Shown here in pieces: positions 24,712 to 38,227 of a stretch of DNA of 64,000 nt; the first letter of the stretch is position 1, and the number at the start of each line of letters is the position of its first letter. Below the pieces are notes generated by a model that ran no database searches, had not been told where the DNA came from, and saw only the letters and a program-made list of their open reading frames with translations. The stretch is taken from assembly GCA_976226885.1 (NCBI GenBank), contig OZ320313.1, forward strand, positions 31,992,001 to 32,056,000. Reading direction: 5' to 3'. The stretch is from Iphione sp. A-MEVVRFRX5 (Eukaryota). A program made the translations under genes and the position numbers.

Positions 24712-27700
24712 AAGAACTCAAAGAGATGAACACATCTGATGGTATCCTTGGTAAAACACACTGCAGGGTGAAACCGCATATTGCTATGGTGTGCAAGACA
24801 GGCATTATGTAAACTGGAACCACGTGTAGGCAGCCCACAGAGTGCCTGAGGGGTTAGAAATAAGCACGTTACAAGTGTAAACAGCGCAGCCATATAGCCC
24901 GAAGCCCGCATGCAGTTAGGTAAGAAGAGACCACTGCGACTAGCTCTGAACCTCGCAGCCATTTTTGTTCAATCAGATGGTTCACCACGAGCATCTTGAA
25001 CACTGACGATAGTGGGAAGGCTTCAAGATAAGTCACCATTGCTCCGCGTACACACACAAATATATATATTATATCTTATATCATAGTTCCCATCCTTATA
25101 TTGTCCATCTGTTATTCAGTCGTGAATTTATTTTCACCCTTGTTCATACTTGAAGGTCCCTATGAGGCACTTCTAAGCAGGGAGAGTAGATTATGTACTA
25201 CATTGCAGTGGAATGGATCTACTCACGCTATTGTCATTACCTCTTATCTACTGGTTGGCAATTTCACTAGTGCTCTGTGGGGCTGAATGCATAAGCTGAT
25301 GGGAGGGGATGGGGAAATCGATAAGAAGGCAGTCTGACGGCGAATGTATCGGAGATTAAGATATTGTGGATTATGAGATCGTGGAATTTCTATCCTCTGT
25401 GTTCCCTTGTGATTTCAGCGAGATCCCCTTAGTATCCCATCCTCCCTCCTAAGATGGATACATTATCTGGGGAGGGGGGGGGGTGGTCTTCTAGGTGGCT
25501 AACAGTTGCTATCATTTAACATGATAAACACAGAAAAGAGGACGTGTTTCACCATTTCCCTGGACAGAGAGGCTGGTTCGCATAAAGTAGACTTTTTTTT
25601 CACAAGCACTGAAGGGGAGCTTTTTACTGTTATGGGAACCAGTGAACCTTTTTGCAGCATTGCTTCATGGGTCCTCAAAAGGCACTGGCCATATGCTTAA
25701 CATCAGGTCTCGCTATCATCGTTGAGCGGCATCTGGTGCCTTTTCATTTTACTTATTAATATACAGGAACTGTGCGTCAGTGGCAGCTGATTGTACGCTA
25801 AGATAGAATCGAGAAAAAAAATGTTCCCCTCCCCTTCCCCTTCCCCGCCCTTCCCTTGACCCCCTCCCTCTCCCCTTTGATTTCCATTTCTGCAAATAGT
25901 GAGCAAGCTTCCAGTGTGCGTGAATGAGGATTGTCATTGAGCTAATCCGCACACTGCATGGTACCTAACCTGTAAAGCTATATCAGTAACTGCATGCTTA
26001 TACTATACATAGAGTGAGAGACAGGCGACAGGGCGCCATATTGATGAAGGAACAGACATACAGAAGGGGGGGGGGGAAAGGGCGTCTAATGAACAATGTA
26101 ATCGACGTTCTGTCTAGATGAAGCCGGCATTAGGCTAAAGATGCTACACTACCGAGAAGAGGAAGATCACGGCTGTCTGTTGCCTCTTTGTTGACATGCT
26201 CTTAGCCATCGTCGGAAACCTAAAGTGCTCAACGACTCTCTTATAAAAAAAAGACTACTTAAAATGTTAGTGATATCGGTTTTAACGATGGGCTTTAGGG
26301 GCGTGTGTTGAATTGAGGTTTATGTTTCTAAGAGCCATAGTGAAGCTGTATGATCAGAACCTTTAAAAAAAAAAAGGTAGTTCGGTACCTTATATTCAGT
26401 GTGCGTTACTGCAATCAGTGCGGACCTGTTAAAGCCGTACATCAGTTCCATGAATTAATGAATCCTCGTACCGAGGCGCGCATTACCATTTCATCCTCAG
26501 CTTCTCTCGTACGAAAAATACGGCGCCATTTGGCGAGGCCGACGTCCGTATCTCGCACAATTGTACAGAGGCAGAAAGTAATCGTTGTGGATAGCGATGG
26601 AAGTGACAGCCGTTCCCTGTTGCACTGTGAGGCCTTTTGACCCCGTTCCTATGCATAATAAAGATAGATGGTGACCATTACGGTGCACTAAAGTGGTACT
26701 AAATCCACCCTGAAGATGCAATCTATTTATCTACTTTAATCCTTATTAACATTTAATCGTTTAATGAATAAGTCACCAGGTGCCATCAAGCACCGCGCGC
26801 CGGCCTCGAGGGTCTCGTCGAATCTGACCCGGCGCACCTGACAGACGAATCATGGGTTTCACAGCCACACGCTGGCTGAACAGCTCCAACCGGCGAGTCA
26901 GAAGCCTGGAGACGATTCACATATTGACTAGCAGTATTGACACACTAGCGCGGGTTCGGAGCGTGGCAGTCTCTCAAATTGTTCCTCATCCTGTGTCTCG
27001 GGTTCATGCATCGAGCATAGCCTTTGCTCTGTATGAATGGGAATTTCTTTCCCTACAAAGTATTCATAGAATATTTCATCCAAGGCCCAACTATTTATTT
27101 TCGCATTATACTGACTACGCCGTGTAGCATCATAATACCACAGCAGAAAGTGCTTAGTTTAAGAAAATGCCTATAGATCGATTCAGGCCTGCCGCTCCAC
27201 CACCCCCCTCCCCAGCTTAACTAAGCATAACGCAACAATATATTAACCAGGTGCAAGGGTCTCAAAACAAGCTGACATTAGCCACAGCTTGTACTTACTC
27301 AGTCAGGCCCTGATTTTCCTGGGGAAATCCTATTATGCAGTAAGGGGTGATTAAGTTGGTCTTGGTGATTTATTTACTGACCAAGGAGGTTTACCTCGTT
27401 GATCTAGTTAGGCGGGGAATGGTAAACACCAAGGAAAAATATCTTAACTTGCTTTGTCATCTTCAAAACTGCGCAGCAGCAGAAGAGAAGGGATAATTAT
27501 CTTTGTATAATAATATGAAATACCACTCAGCTCGGACGGTGTTTTCCCCGCCTCAGTGTGTGACCTTCCAGTTGCTGTTCGAATACAAGCATATCTTGCA
27601 CCACCTTTGCCGCAATAATAAAGTGAACGGATAAGTAATATAGGATGGCAGCATACTGTGTTCGAAGAAGAAACGGTCACAGAAACAGTCTGTTACACGG

Positions 27701-29404
27701 TTGTTGTCAAATTCAAATCTGGTGGTCAAAATCGAAATTTCCATCACTACTATTTGCTTACTTATTTGCTACTATTTCCTTATCCTGTTCGCTGGAAGAA
27801 CTTTTGGTGTAAAATCGTGAAGACGTCAATAAACTATTATTGTTATTGTAATTATCATAAATACCACCCCTCTTTCTAAACGAACAGTGATAGCTTGAAT
27901 CGAGTTTCAGGATGAGGGGACACGCAGCAAACTTCTCATGACTGAAGGGTTTATATTGTAATTCATACAAGTATTAATTCTGTTCCAACGTAAAATCGTC
28001 CATATGACAGGGTGATTTTATTGGTGCGTGATTTTATAAGTGAGGATTTACTGTATATATTTGCCGTTTTGCACCATTATGATATACGACGGTCGTGTTA
28101 TTAAATTTGTAGTCATTTCCGTGTTATCTGAGTGTACCGCGACAAGATTGAAAACTTCTCACAGAAGTTGCTGCTCAGTGTCGTGATTTGTCAAGTTTAA
28201 AATTACGCCTTCGCCCTGTCTCATATACCACACCGACTGTCTGCCCTATTAGCCTCCTTTGCAGAGGATAGATTGGAAACAGCCATTCCTCCCGTCCTTC
28301 TAACACAAAAGTTTGCAACTCTAGAGAAGAATTGAAATCCACGCCTACATTCGAAATGACACAATACCCTCGCCCCCATTGCCATTCGCTCACATTGGAG
28401 AGCGTATTAAAACCAGTTGATTGGCTGGCGTGTTTTCAGTCGGAAATTTCCTCTGTCTGTTGCCTCGTTTTGACAATGTGGTCATTCAATCTCATACTCT
28501 AGCTGTAACCATTCCCTCCGGTTACCATCCGATATTGCGCCTTATTTCCCCAGTTATTGACAGTCATACACGTGCAAACAAGCCCAGCATGAGTTATATC
28601 TCCCGAATAGCCGGGAGGCCTTTCATCAAGAGGTGCCTAAACGCATTTAGGGATGCGCACGCATGTTTTGGCCTCGGTGATTGTGCAGTGATTTGTTGAT
28701 GGCAGTTTATTATTATTACCGGTTTTAGCTCATGGATGAACTCCGTTGAATATTAACCGTGTTTCTGTGCCTAATTGTTCTGCATCTGTATGAAGAACAA
28801 GCGGTGGAAAAAAACCCACAAGTTGCGTATATTAGTCGACGACGAAAGAATGGTTCAAGCGTAAGGGGATACTTGTGTACATAGAAAGCATTCCTAACCT
28901 GCGCCTATTCCCGGGGATATTAGGTGGAACCGTTGCACGCACAATGCTATGTCGAGCGCTGGAAAGTCTGGCATGTTTGCTTCACAAGTCAGGCCAGAAT
29001 TAGAATCCTTTGTCGAGAGAGGACAAGTATAAAGGTATGGAGAACGTTCGGCAAGGGTTTTATCTTTAAGCCAATCGTTCTACCATCCGTAATTGGGCTA
29101 CGAAATGCACTTAGAGTCAGGTAGGGCCCCACTCCCAACGATAGGCCATGCTAGAAATTCAGGACATGTAAGACGTACTGCTCAATATTGCAGCGACGCA
29201 TCTGTTGCCTGTACGAACAATCCAGGCATATCCGATTACTGTGTGTTTAATGTAGAGTGTCCAGTTTAACTTCTGCGTCCTGTAGATGTGCATGGAAATA
29301 GCATCAGTGCATTTTATTATAATTTATCAGTTCCGCCTCGTAGCTGATTGCCTTGTAGCTGATTGCAACCTGGCTATGGAAAAAGGGTACATGTATGTTA
29401 AAGT

Positions 29405-29480
29405 GCATTGTTGAAATTTCTGGCCAGTACCAATATTTGGGCCTTATCGCACAAACTTACGGTAAAAAGCCTCTAAAATC
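29405..29480 (+). mobile_element. Short LINE RT C-terminal relic
   Basis: IVEISGQYQYLGLI resembles 'IE.V..YKYLG(L/V)'. Confidence 0.33.
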
Positions 29481-29829
29481 ATATTCATAGACAGTTGAAT
29501 GCTGCCAAATTCTGCTTGGGTTACTTCAACTGCGATGAAGGCACCTTGTGTCACTTTCTTTCACACAAATTCAGTGTTTTTGTACAAGAAACCTCTTAAA
29601 TACTAGTAAAACCAAAGCAACCTTCCTTCGAGGAAAGCGTGGTAAAACTAGCACATTCGTTCTTGATCGGTAGCATCCAGTATACATTCGAGTAAATCAC
29701 AGCGAATAACTGTTAAGTGAACAGGGCAGCGCCCCGGGCTAGTGTCCCTGGGCTGCTCGTCTCATTGATAATGATGATTGGAGCAACGTATTCAGATACT
29801 AACTGCATTGTAACAGTCTACACAGATCT

Positions 29830-30470
29830 TACCATGGGTGGAACGACAGGCAAGTGTTCTGCACTGAATGGGTAGGCTTCAAAGCGGCGCTGCTCAAACA
29901 CCAACTGGTGTAAGAAAAATGAGCCGTCACCTAAAATATGGGCAAGACTAGCAATGTAGGTCAGGTTGGAACTTTCCGGTTTGTTATCACGTCCACGATC
30001 CAAGAAGCAAGGAAATTTTCATCGCTAGGATATATTATCGGCGAAAGATCAGGCTAATCATAATATCCGTTAGCAAGATTTTGCCCAAGAATGTGTTGCC
30101 GACCAGCATGAGGATGATAAACGTTGAAGACAACGGTATACCTGATGCTGTAACAGGGCTTGTGGCTCCATTGTAATTTACATACTGGCACTTGCCGGAT
30201 ACTAAAGAATAGGGGTTCCGTCCACCCTTGATGACATTCTGCGCGGGCAAGATTCAAACAATGGACGGTGGCAATTTTTCAACCAGGCGTAAAAAGACAA
30301 ATTGATAGGGGAATCAGGAATGCGACCGTATGTCATAGGGCTGATCAACAGGTCGAAGCTGCACAGGTAAATGACCGCCAAATTCATGAAGTAAGACACG
30401 ATGGAGACATGGTAGCAACTGCAGTGCAGACCAGAGCTATATTTTAAGATCCAGAGGTAATTATACATTG
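29830..30470 (-). pseudogene. Possible decayed multi-pass membrane protein (class A GPCR-like)
   Basis: Hydrophobic stretches in shifting frames: VSIVSYFMNLAVIYLCSFDLLISPMTY, TVAFLIPLSICLF, STFIILMLVGNTFLGKILL, SWCLSSAALKP. No continuous frame. Confidence 0.22.
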
Positions 30471-31356
30471 GTCATAAAGAATTAACCACACCTGTGGGAA
30501 GTGTACAAACGGTAGGACTACGACATGCTTAAATGCAGCAGCAAGGACTGAAAGTATAACTGAATCAATGTCTTGTTCACATCTCATATACACATGTATA
30601 CATGTATATGTAATGAACTAATGCTTAGAGTTTTAGGGGCTAAATACACAAAATATTATAGCTTATATAGTGGAAGGGTTGCTTCATATATATATGTATG
30701 TATATACCTAAAAGTGTTATCATTCTGAATCCATCTCCTTTTGCGATTTGTCGAGAATTCTCGTTAACGAGAGTGGAATATAAAAATACCACCTCCAGTA
30801 ATATATTAAAAATGACGCTCGACGGGAGCGGAAACTACTTTCTCGTTAAGGTGGCGCCCCCAATCCCTTCGAATCCGGAAGATGGCCAAAACATTAGGGC
30901 GATGTTCGCCTCCTAAGATGTTCCCAGGATAATGCGCGACACGGAAAGCATTAGGCTGGCATTAAACACGTATTTCAGTCCTAATGCCAAGGGCGCACTT
31001 AGAGTATTAACAACTTAATGCCGAAGAGACAGGAGAGACATTTTTCTAGTATACCCATTACCTGGTTGGATGTGGAAGCCTCGAGAGGAGGTATACGTAG
31101 GATACTCTCCATCCTAACCCTGACTCCTTCCACTACTGTTTTCTTATGGTTCCCTGCCTAACCTTGCTGAGGTGTTGCCATGGCAACAAGGTCATTGTAT
31201 GGAATGGGATCAAAACTGCCTGTCCTGAAGATCAAAGGGGATCCCGGGGGCAGCGAGCGACCACGTGATGGCCACTGCGAGAGTTAGGACGAAGACGCGG
31301 GAGGGGGGTCGGTTGGCCACCGGCTGGGAAACGGTCATTGGTGATTGCCCCTGTGG

Positions 31357-31370
31357 ACGCCAGGTGGCGC
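31357..31370 (+). promoter_or_regulatory. Candidate CTCF-like motif
   Basis: acgccaggtggcgc versus the consensus CCRCCAGGTGGCGC (one mismatch). Confidence 0.35.
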
Positions 31371-33600
31371 TTGATTGCAGGGGTAGGCTATCAGCAGGGA
31401 TGAAAGGCTCTGTCTGCTATGGCCGGTCTGGCTCTGTTCTGCACTTCAGAGCAAACGATTGCTGCTTTCTCTTCTTCACACTCCACCTTTCCTCATTCAC
31501 ACTAAATGTACTTTCCTATATCTTTCCTCTTGTACCTTTATTTGTTCTTAGTCGTTTTGTGTAGAAATTTGTTTAATGGGAATTCGCCTTAAACTACCTC
31601 TCTGTTGTCTGCCTATCTTTTATCTATCTGTGTATCGCTTCTTCCTGACTCACTCGCTCTGTTTCTATCTGTGCCCCTCTATTTACCCCCAGTAAATCGC
31701 ATTTCCATGGGGTTGAATTATCCAGTTGCTGAACTAGCTATTCGCTCAACTAGGTCGATGAGACCACACCTCGCCATGGCTTGTATATAGGAGCATATAC
31801 TATACAATATGCAGAGGAAACCATTGAATATTAAAATGCATCATTTAATAATGCCCATTCGGGGTACTTTTTTCCCGGCCCACGTCCTGAAGGTAATGTA
31901 ATTGCCATGCGTAATAAACTCTTCTCACATTCCTCCCTAGTACATGTATCTCACATACTTCCATATCCCATTTTTCTTGTTAGCCACTTTTTCTCTTAAT
32001 AATCCATCTTTAAAGATTTACTGCTTTAAAATAAGGTACACGCGTGTTACCCTTTCTCACATCACTTGTAAGCAGCTTCATTTGGGAAGTGTAATTATGA
32101 GAGGTTAATTATGGCGTGACATTCGTGCATTAATCAGTTCAGCTGGTGACCTATAGAAAAATTAATGATGCTTTACTTATTGAATGATTGCTCTTCCAAA
32201 ACTACATCTTTAAATACAACTTCTTCAGTCGGACGAGAAGCACGGGTGTATATCGCTCGAAATATCCTCACACAAATACAACTCATTAATGACTAAATGA
32301 GGGGCAGTTTTCGTTTCCTCCTGTTTTTATGAGCTCTTTGTGGGTCTGCTAATAATAAAGTGCATTCCTCTTGCTGCCGTGACAATAACCACTCCTGTCA
32401 GGCATAATTCCCTTTGAACTTGTTAGAGCCTTCGCCTGAGCCTTGTGGGCAATTGTGTGCTACATACTTCCTATAGTGTCTTCAGTCTCTCTGAAAGTAC
32501 TTGCGTAGATATCTTGCCATTTGGTTCCTGGGTTTACGAGACACTTAACATCCTCTCCTGTTTCCTCAACTACAATGTATATTTTAATGATTAGAAGGTA
32601 GTCTACAAAAGTGGCACTCTACATCTCACCAGATGTATTACAGTTCTTTTACCCTCCTAGCAGTTCTGGTGGATGTCTAACGCTTTCTCACCCTACCATT
32701 GTATCCCTGTCTGTATTAATGTATTTGTACTTTTAAATGTCCTAGTTGATATTGAGGTCTTTTTATGACGCGTCTGATTCGCAAGTGAACCGCCAAAGCT
32801 TATCACCTGAAACGGTAGCGAAGTCACTCGCCTTCCACACACACTAACGTACTGCAGACACTTTGGGACCTGCTTTCTGTCGGGCTCTGCCACATCAAAG
32901 CACCAATAAAACTCAGGTGCAGTCACTCATTTGTTGAGTGAAATTCATATCCCCACACCCTTTGATCTCGCAGACTCATACATTCCAAAAGATTGAGAGT
33001 CTGCCCGCGTCCTAGGAAGGGAAAAGAGGTGATCTTTTACGTCTCCTAGGAAGGTGAAAGAACTGATTTTTTTTTATTGTTCACACGTCTGAAGGACGAA
33101 AAGACCGAGAACAAAGCTCCTGTGATGCTCTCATTTGGTTGGTTCCATACATCACGTTCCCATTCTTTATTATTTCTGTAGATATCACACGAAGTGGACA
33201 AAGGGCAGATTTATAACGTAAAGTTCCCTGATCCTGATGGCGCTTTGAAATAATGAATGCCCAATGTAGAAGAGGGTATTTACCTCGCCAACTAAATGAT
33301 CGTAGTTCACATCAAAGCCGTATACAATTATCCCTCGCTTACGGACAATCCTAACAAAACCCACATTTCTGTCGTAATTCACCATCAAACCTTTTTGAGT
33401 AGAACAAGAAGCGACAGTTCACGTTTAACCGACCGAACTTCTGCAACAATTCGCTGTTGGAAAATGAGGGTCGACTGAGCTTATTTTCATAAATTTAATC
33501 TCTAGGTGACATCCTATGACACAAGCAATATAAACATCTGACAAAGTGGATAATATATGGTACAGTGTATGAACTTTTTCATGTTGTTATTATTGATATC

Positions 33601-34060
33601 ATGAAAAGCACTTCGTTCTCCTTAGGCCTAGTAAAAAAAATTTTTTTATTTGCGATAACCTGATCGACCCTACATGAGAGCCAATTTTAACTTTTTTTTC
33701 TTGTTTTGTGAATATCTCTGAACTGAATAGAGATACAAACTTATTCTATACACTATCTTCTTCCTTATTTCTGTAGCTTTAATCTGATATATGCTTGATT
33801 AAAAAGTACAAGTAGCAAAAGTGATATAATCATATACATTTGTAGTTGTCAGTGTGAATAACACTGGATAAAAAAAAAAAACGAAAAAAATCACCTACCG
33901 ACCGACCTACCATTTTTTTCAGGCTTTTACCGGAAAAAGAATTTTTGAAAGGCCTTAATGATGAATTGGAATTTGTTGCAGAATACAACTATCTGGGAAT
34001 TACCATGGATAATAAGTTGTGCTTTTCATCAAAGCTGAGTTCTTATGAGAATTTTTCGTT
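33601..34060 (+). mobile_element. CR1/L2-type LINE RT fragment interrupted by a MITE
   Basis: Removing the MITE and one TTA copy gives KHFVLLNDELEFVAEYNYLGITMDNKLCF, matching 'L.G..LE.V..YKYLG...D..L.F'. Confidence 0.7.
33625..33954. mobile_element. Complete 330-bp non-autonomous DNA transposon (PIF/Harbinger-type MITE)
   Basis: Ends GGCCT...AGGCC with imperfect A/T-rich TIRs; flanked by TTA at 33622-24 and 33955-57 (a 3-bp TWA TSD is typical of PIF/Harbinger); subterminal cctaccgacc motifs. Confidence 0.75.
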
Positions 34061-35169
34061 TACGCAATAAGCGGTAATGCTTGCTGGAAAAATCGCTAAT
34101 TCTGAGAAGCTGTGTGTAGCTCATTAAATATCTCCACGCATACCTGTATTTAATGGGATGAATATAACATGGTAGGCAATCACTTAGGGAATGGAACAAG
34201 ACATTCAGATGGTGAGTGTACATTTCTTTGTTTTTATTTGAAAATTTTATTTCCTTACTTGTATTTCCCTTTCTTTCCAAAATATACCAGGAATAGTATA
34301 GACATGTACAAGAATATTTTATATACTAATCCAGTCAGACCTATCCCTCAAGTCAATCATACTCTTTCCTACTTTCTAGTACCTTTCCTATGTTTAAAAA
34401 CTTGTAGCTTCTGTATCTGAGAGGACCAGTGTACCATTGTGGTCGTCATTAAGAACCAAGTGTGTGTATACTGGGGGCTGCTGTTTGTTTTCTGTATCCC
34501 TCTCGCTGTTGAGTAAGGCTACAGCTAGATCTCTGCAAGTAAGAATAACAAGGCTATACTCGATGTTTGCTATAAGGATATCTTTTTCGCAGTTTCGGCC
34601 TCTAACGAAGCTCCTCAAGAGCACTAATCATACGAAGAAGCCAAGTAGCACACCACACGCGTAGATTTTAGGGGGGGGGTTAAGATTGACTTATTAGCAG
34701 GTGATTGTCTTGTGTATGAACTTCGATATACAGTGCATATATCGCAGAGTTTGTCTCACGATGATTTCGTTTATACAAAAGAAGGCTAGCACAGTGTGGT
34801 TAAGTCACGTTCGATGTTTGATCTGTTGTTGTAATCAATATCAGATCGTTTCCAGCCCTTAACTGGAATGTTGTAGAAAAGCTCATCAGCTCTGATCACT
34901 CGACCAGACGCCACGATGACAGGCAGACAAACATTCATGCATACGGGGCAGTAGGGCTTTACGTGTCGGGGTAATAACCCCGCATGGGCTTATGATGAAC
35001 TCATCAGTCACCTCCCTTTGCTCATTCCCCTGTCACATGATGGCCACATCCAATATTTATTCATTAGTGGGCTAATTGAATGATGTTGATTGACTGCGCT
35101 AGAGGCAATAGAGCAGCCAGTACTTCCGACCAGACCGCTGCATGAGGCCACTTGTCTCTATTGCTAAAA

Positions 35170-35430
35170 ATAGAGCAATTTTGACTTCTATAGAGAAGGG
35201 TGCTTTGATCAAGATTGCCAGCTGTACCGGTAGAGTATTTATTATATTTTTCTGACCCAGACTACTGCCAAATAGGTCAAATGAAAATGTATTTCATTCA
35301 ACAGGGGCTTCCCTAAGGCCATCTGTTATTAAATGGTATTTTGTAATAAAATAGCTTGCGTTTAATAAGGTCATGTCAAAACTTTGGCTTGAGCTTTGTA
35401 TGTATGCTAATGATGTTGCTGTGCAGTGTA
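35170..35430 (+). mobile_element. LINE RT core relic
   Basis: NRGFPK (GVPQG-like) followed by LCMYANDVAV (YADD-like). Confidence 0.42.
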
Positions 35431-36399
35431 CCTCCTCGTTGTTCCCGTACCTATGGGGATGGTACTTAGAAATACCGGCTCAGTCCGACTCATCTTGACC
35501 GCCCAAATTTACATGAAATGTTCCACGTTGTAGTCTCTTAACACAACTTTATTTCTATTTCCCAAATCGACAATTGCTGTTATCTTGATCACTGCAAATT
35601 TATGATGCCTGAGGAGTCTAATTAGACGAAACCTTGATCCATGAGATGCATATGTTACCCCCCCCCCTGAAAAAAAACAAAAAAACAATAAAATAATAAG
35701 GGCGATACTTGGATTTCCAATGTTTCCAAGAGTTACCATAGGGTGTATCCACGGAGAGAACATCACATGACCCACCACAATGGGTGGCAGTTTGGAATGG
35801 AACTATTTCAGATCCAGTATCAAGGTAGCATCTGCAAGAGAACAGTCGTTTGCAGCCACGTTTTAATCGATTTCAGGGTTTAACATTTTGCCGCTATCCA
35901 TGTACATGTGCAGTCAGAATCCATCAATTGGACACCCATCTTTAAAAAAAAAACTCAATCAGAGATATTTATATGGAACCAAAAAAATGACTGTGTAGAC
36001 GGAATATAACATCCAAATATATATTCTCATATACTGTGCAATTAACGGGATAACTTTTATGTTTGAAATTCCCTTAAACAGATAGTGGGGTGCTGGGATT
36101 CTCTGTTGCACTCTGTCGCGCCCTTGTCACACTTTTACTTTGTCTTTACCAGGTTATTGCTCTCTAATGTAGTAACCATACTCTTTTGTCTCCGCCGCCT
36201 CCTCCTCCACCACCCACCAACGTAGTTATTTGCTCCGAATTGCAGGGTATAAGTAACAATTCCTAGAGAATTGGAGGGGCAAAATAACGATTCCGTGTGA
36301 ATTACAGGGTATTAGTAATGGCTTGCTGGAAAATCGCCGGGAATAGAGGTAGTCTGGCTCATGCAGTGTGACTGTATCCAGGATGTCTGAGACTAACAA

Positions 36400-37175
36400 C
36401 TCTCTGTCACACAACTTCCATAAGGACTTCTATATCAATTAGTCTACGCTTGCAGTAGTCACTGGCATAGCGGAACACACTCTTAATGAAATGTTCGAAT
36501 AAAGGTCATCTGTACTGAATCCTGAATGAGCAAATTAAATGCCGCTGTCCAGTGGGCGAACATGGCTGAAATGTTAGCAGGAAAGTGCTAGACCTTTGAA
36601 TGACAAAAGTTTCTATTGGTGTTGTGATCCCTGGCGTTAGTGCTCACCAAACCACTTCCTACCTGTGTTCCGTGTTTTAACTGAGAACACCAAGCAGATA
36701 TTTCATCCTTGTCTTCTTTGTTTTATCTGTAATGAGCAATCACAGGAGGATCAAATGTTCTGTGGAAATGTCTGGGCTTGGGAGTCTTGGCCATTACAAA
36801 GAGACTTACCCTGATGGAACCAGTGACATTACAATAGGTTGCAACTGTAATCCTATCCTTATTCCTTCTCTCTTCATTCAGTCCCTCTTTGGTCAAGAGA
36901 GATGTAGCTTTCCGCTTTATAGGAAAACTCTGTCAAGTGATACTGGGCTAGATCTTCCTTCAGCCAATTTCTGCCTACATACAGGCACCCGTTACAGATA
37001 CTATAATACCATTCTTGTGATGAAACATGTAGATACAACCTGCACTGAAAGTAATACCCAAAGAATGCTCAGCCGTACTCCAGATTTCATAGGTTTTCTC
37101 TGAAGAATTCAGCAGTAAATGCGACATACCTGTCTGTTTGGGATATACCAGCAAAGACTCATACAGTTCTCTGTG
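36400..37175 (-). mobile_element. Decayed pogo/Tigger-family transposase (CENP-B-like HTH plus DDE_1)
   Basis: FSAGCIYMFHHKNGI resembles 'F.AS.GW..RFK.RHGI'; KDRITVATYCNVTGSIRVSLFVMAKTPKPRHF...Y.*NK resembles 'K.R.TV....NA.G..K....IGK...PR.F....Y..N'; NARDH and HFPANIS resemble 'DNA..H' and 'FLP.NTT'. Multiple stops. Confidence 0.72.
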
Positions 37176-37301
37176 TTAAGGGATGCTTTTTCTTTCAAGG
37201 GTTAACCCCGTTTACTCCAATACATAAATGAATCTTACACAGTAAATGAGTAATGATTATTTAGTGTGTACGGCTACAGTAGAGGCACGGTCCGGTATGA
37301 C

Positions 37302-37313
37302 ATCTCGCGAGAT
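37302..37313. promoter_or_regulatory. Perfect ATCTCGCGAGAT palindrome (TCTCGCGAGA motif)
   Basis: Palindrome visible in the sequence; the motif is known from vertebrate CpG-island promoters. Function here unknown. Confidence 0.3.
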
Positions 37314-38097
37314 TTTAGCCGTTTCTTTGGCCTGCATCTACTGCCACGCGAGGATTTTAAAAGGTCCGAAACCCAGCAGTTTCACGAACAGTCAGTCCAC
37401 CATGTTGGTTAGATTGCCGTGTGTCAGTGCCGTGCGGCCCGACCGTAATTAGTTACTTCTACGATGCGGAATATTACATACGCACCGTTATTGAGTCGAA
37501 TGTTTTTATGATTGCAGGGGTATTAAGACACGGGAGGGGACAGGGAAGGTGAGAAGTCCAGTTGACGTCCTACTTGCCAATTCTTGGCTACTGTTTCCAT
37601 GCAATCAAACATAATGTGCTGTCCTCTGCCGAAGTTAAGAGAGAGTGCCGATAAATTATATGATTTGACTTTTCATTTCATGAGTTCACAATATTGTATA
37701 CCCTTATGACATACGATCAATCATAAGTTGGTTACGTATCTTAGAGTGAATAAACGGGAAACATGCACATGCATGTAGATGTACACGGTAATTGGAACAG
37801 GACCAGAAAGTGTAAAATTAGCTTTACCTTTCTTAGGAAAAATGTTCCTGAGGGTAGTGTCTAGTCTGAGTCATCTCAAGCCATTAGAAGATCCCGGAAA
37901 TTTTGAGAGGAAGTGTATGATATGATAGTTTCTTTTTAAGCAGGGAAGTATCATTTTCAGCGTTGTAAGTTTCTGCTTAAGGCTGTCTGATTGATACATT
38001 TACGAACAGAACAAATATCGTTATTTGTAGTGTGTGTAATTTATTAGCCTTAGGCTTTTTTAATATTCTTTTGATGTGGTACAAAGTTAATTTATCT

Positions 38098-38227
38098 NNN
38101 NNNNNNNNNNNNNNNNNNNNNNNNNNNNNNNNNNNNNNNNNNNNNNNNNNNNNNNNNNNNNNNNNNNNNNNNNNNNNNNNNNNNNNNNNNNNNNNNNNNN
38201 NNNNNNNNNNNNNNNNNNNNNNNNNNN
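38098..38227. other. Assembly gap (N run)
   Basis: N bases. Confidence 1.

Noticed and set aside
33008-33106. CRISPR-like repeat-spacer pattern
   Set aside because: Only three poorly conserved units with unequal spacing, no cas genes and a eukaryotic context.
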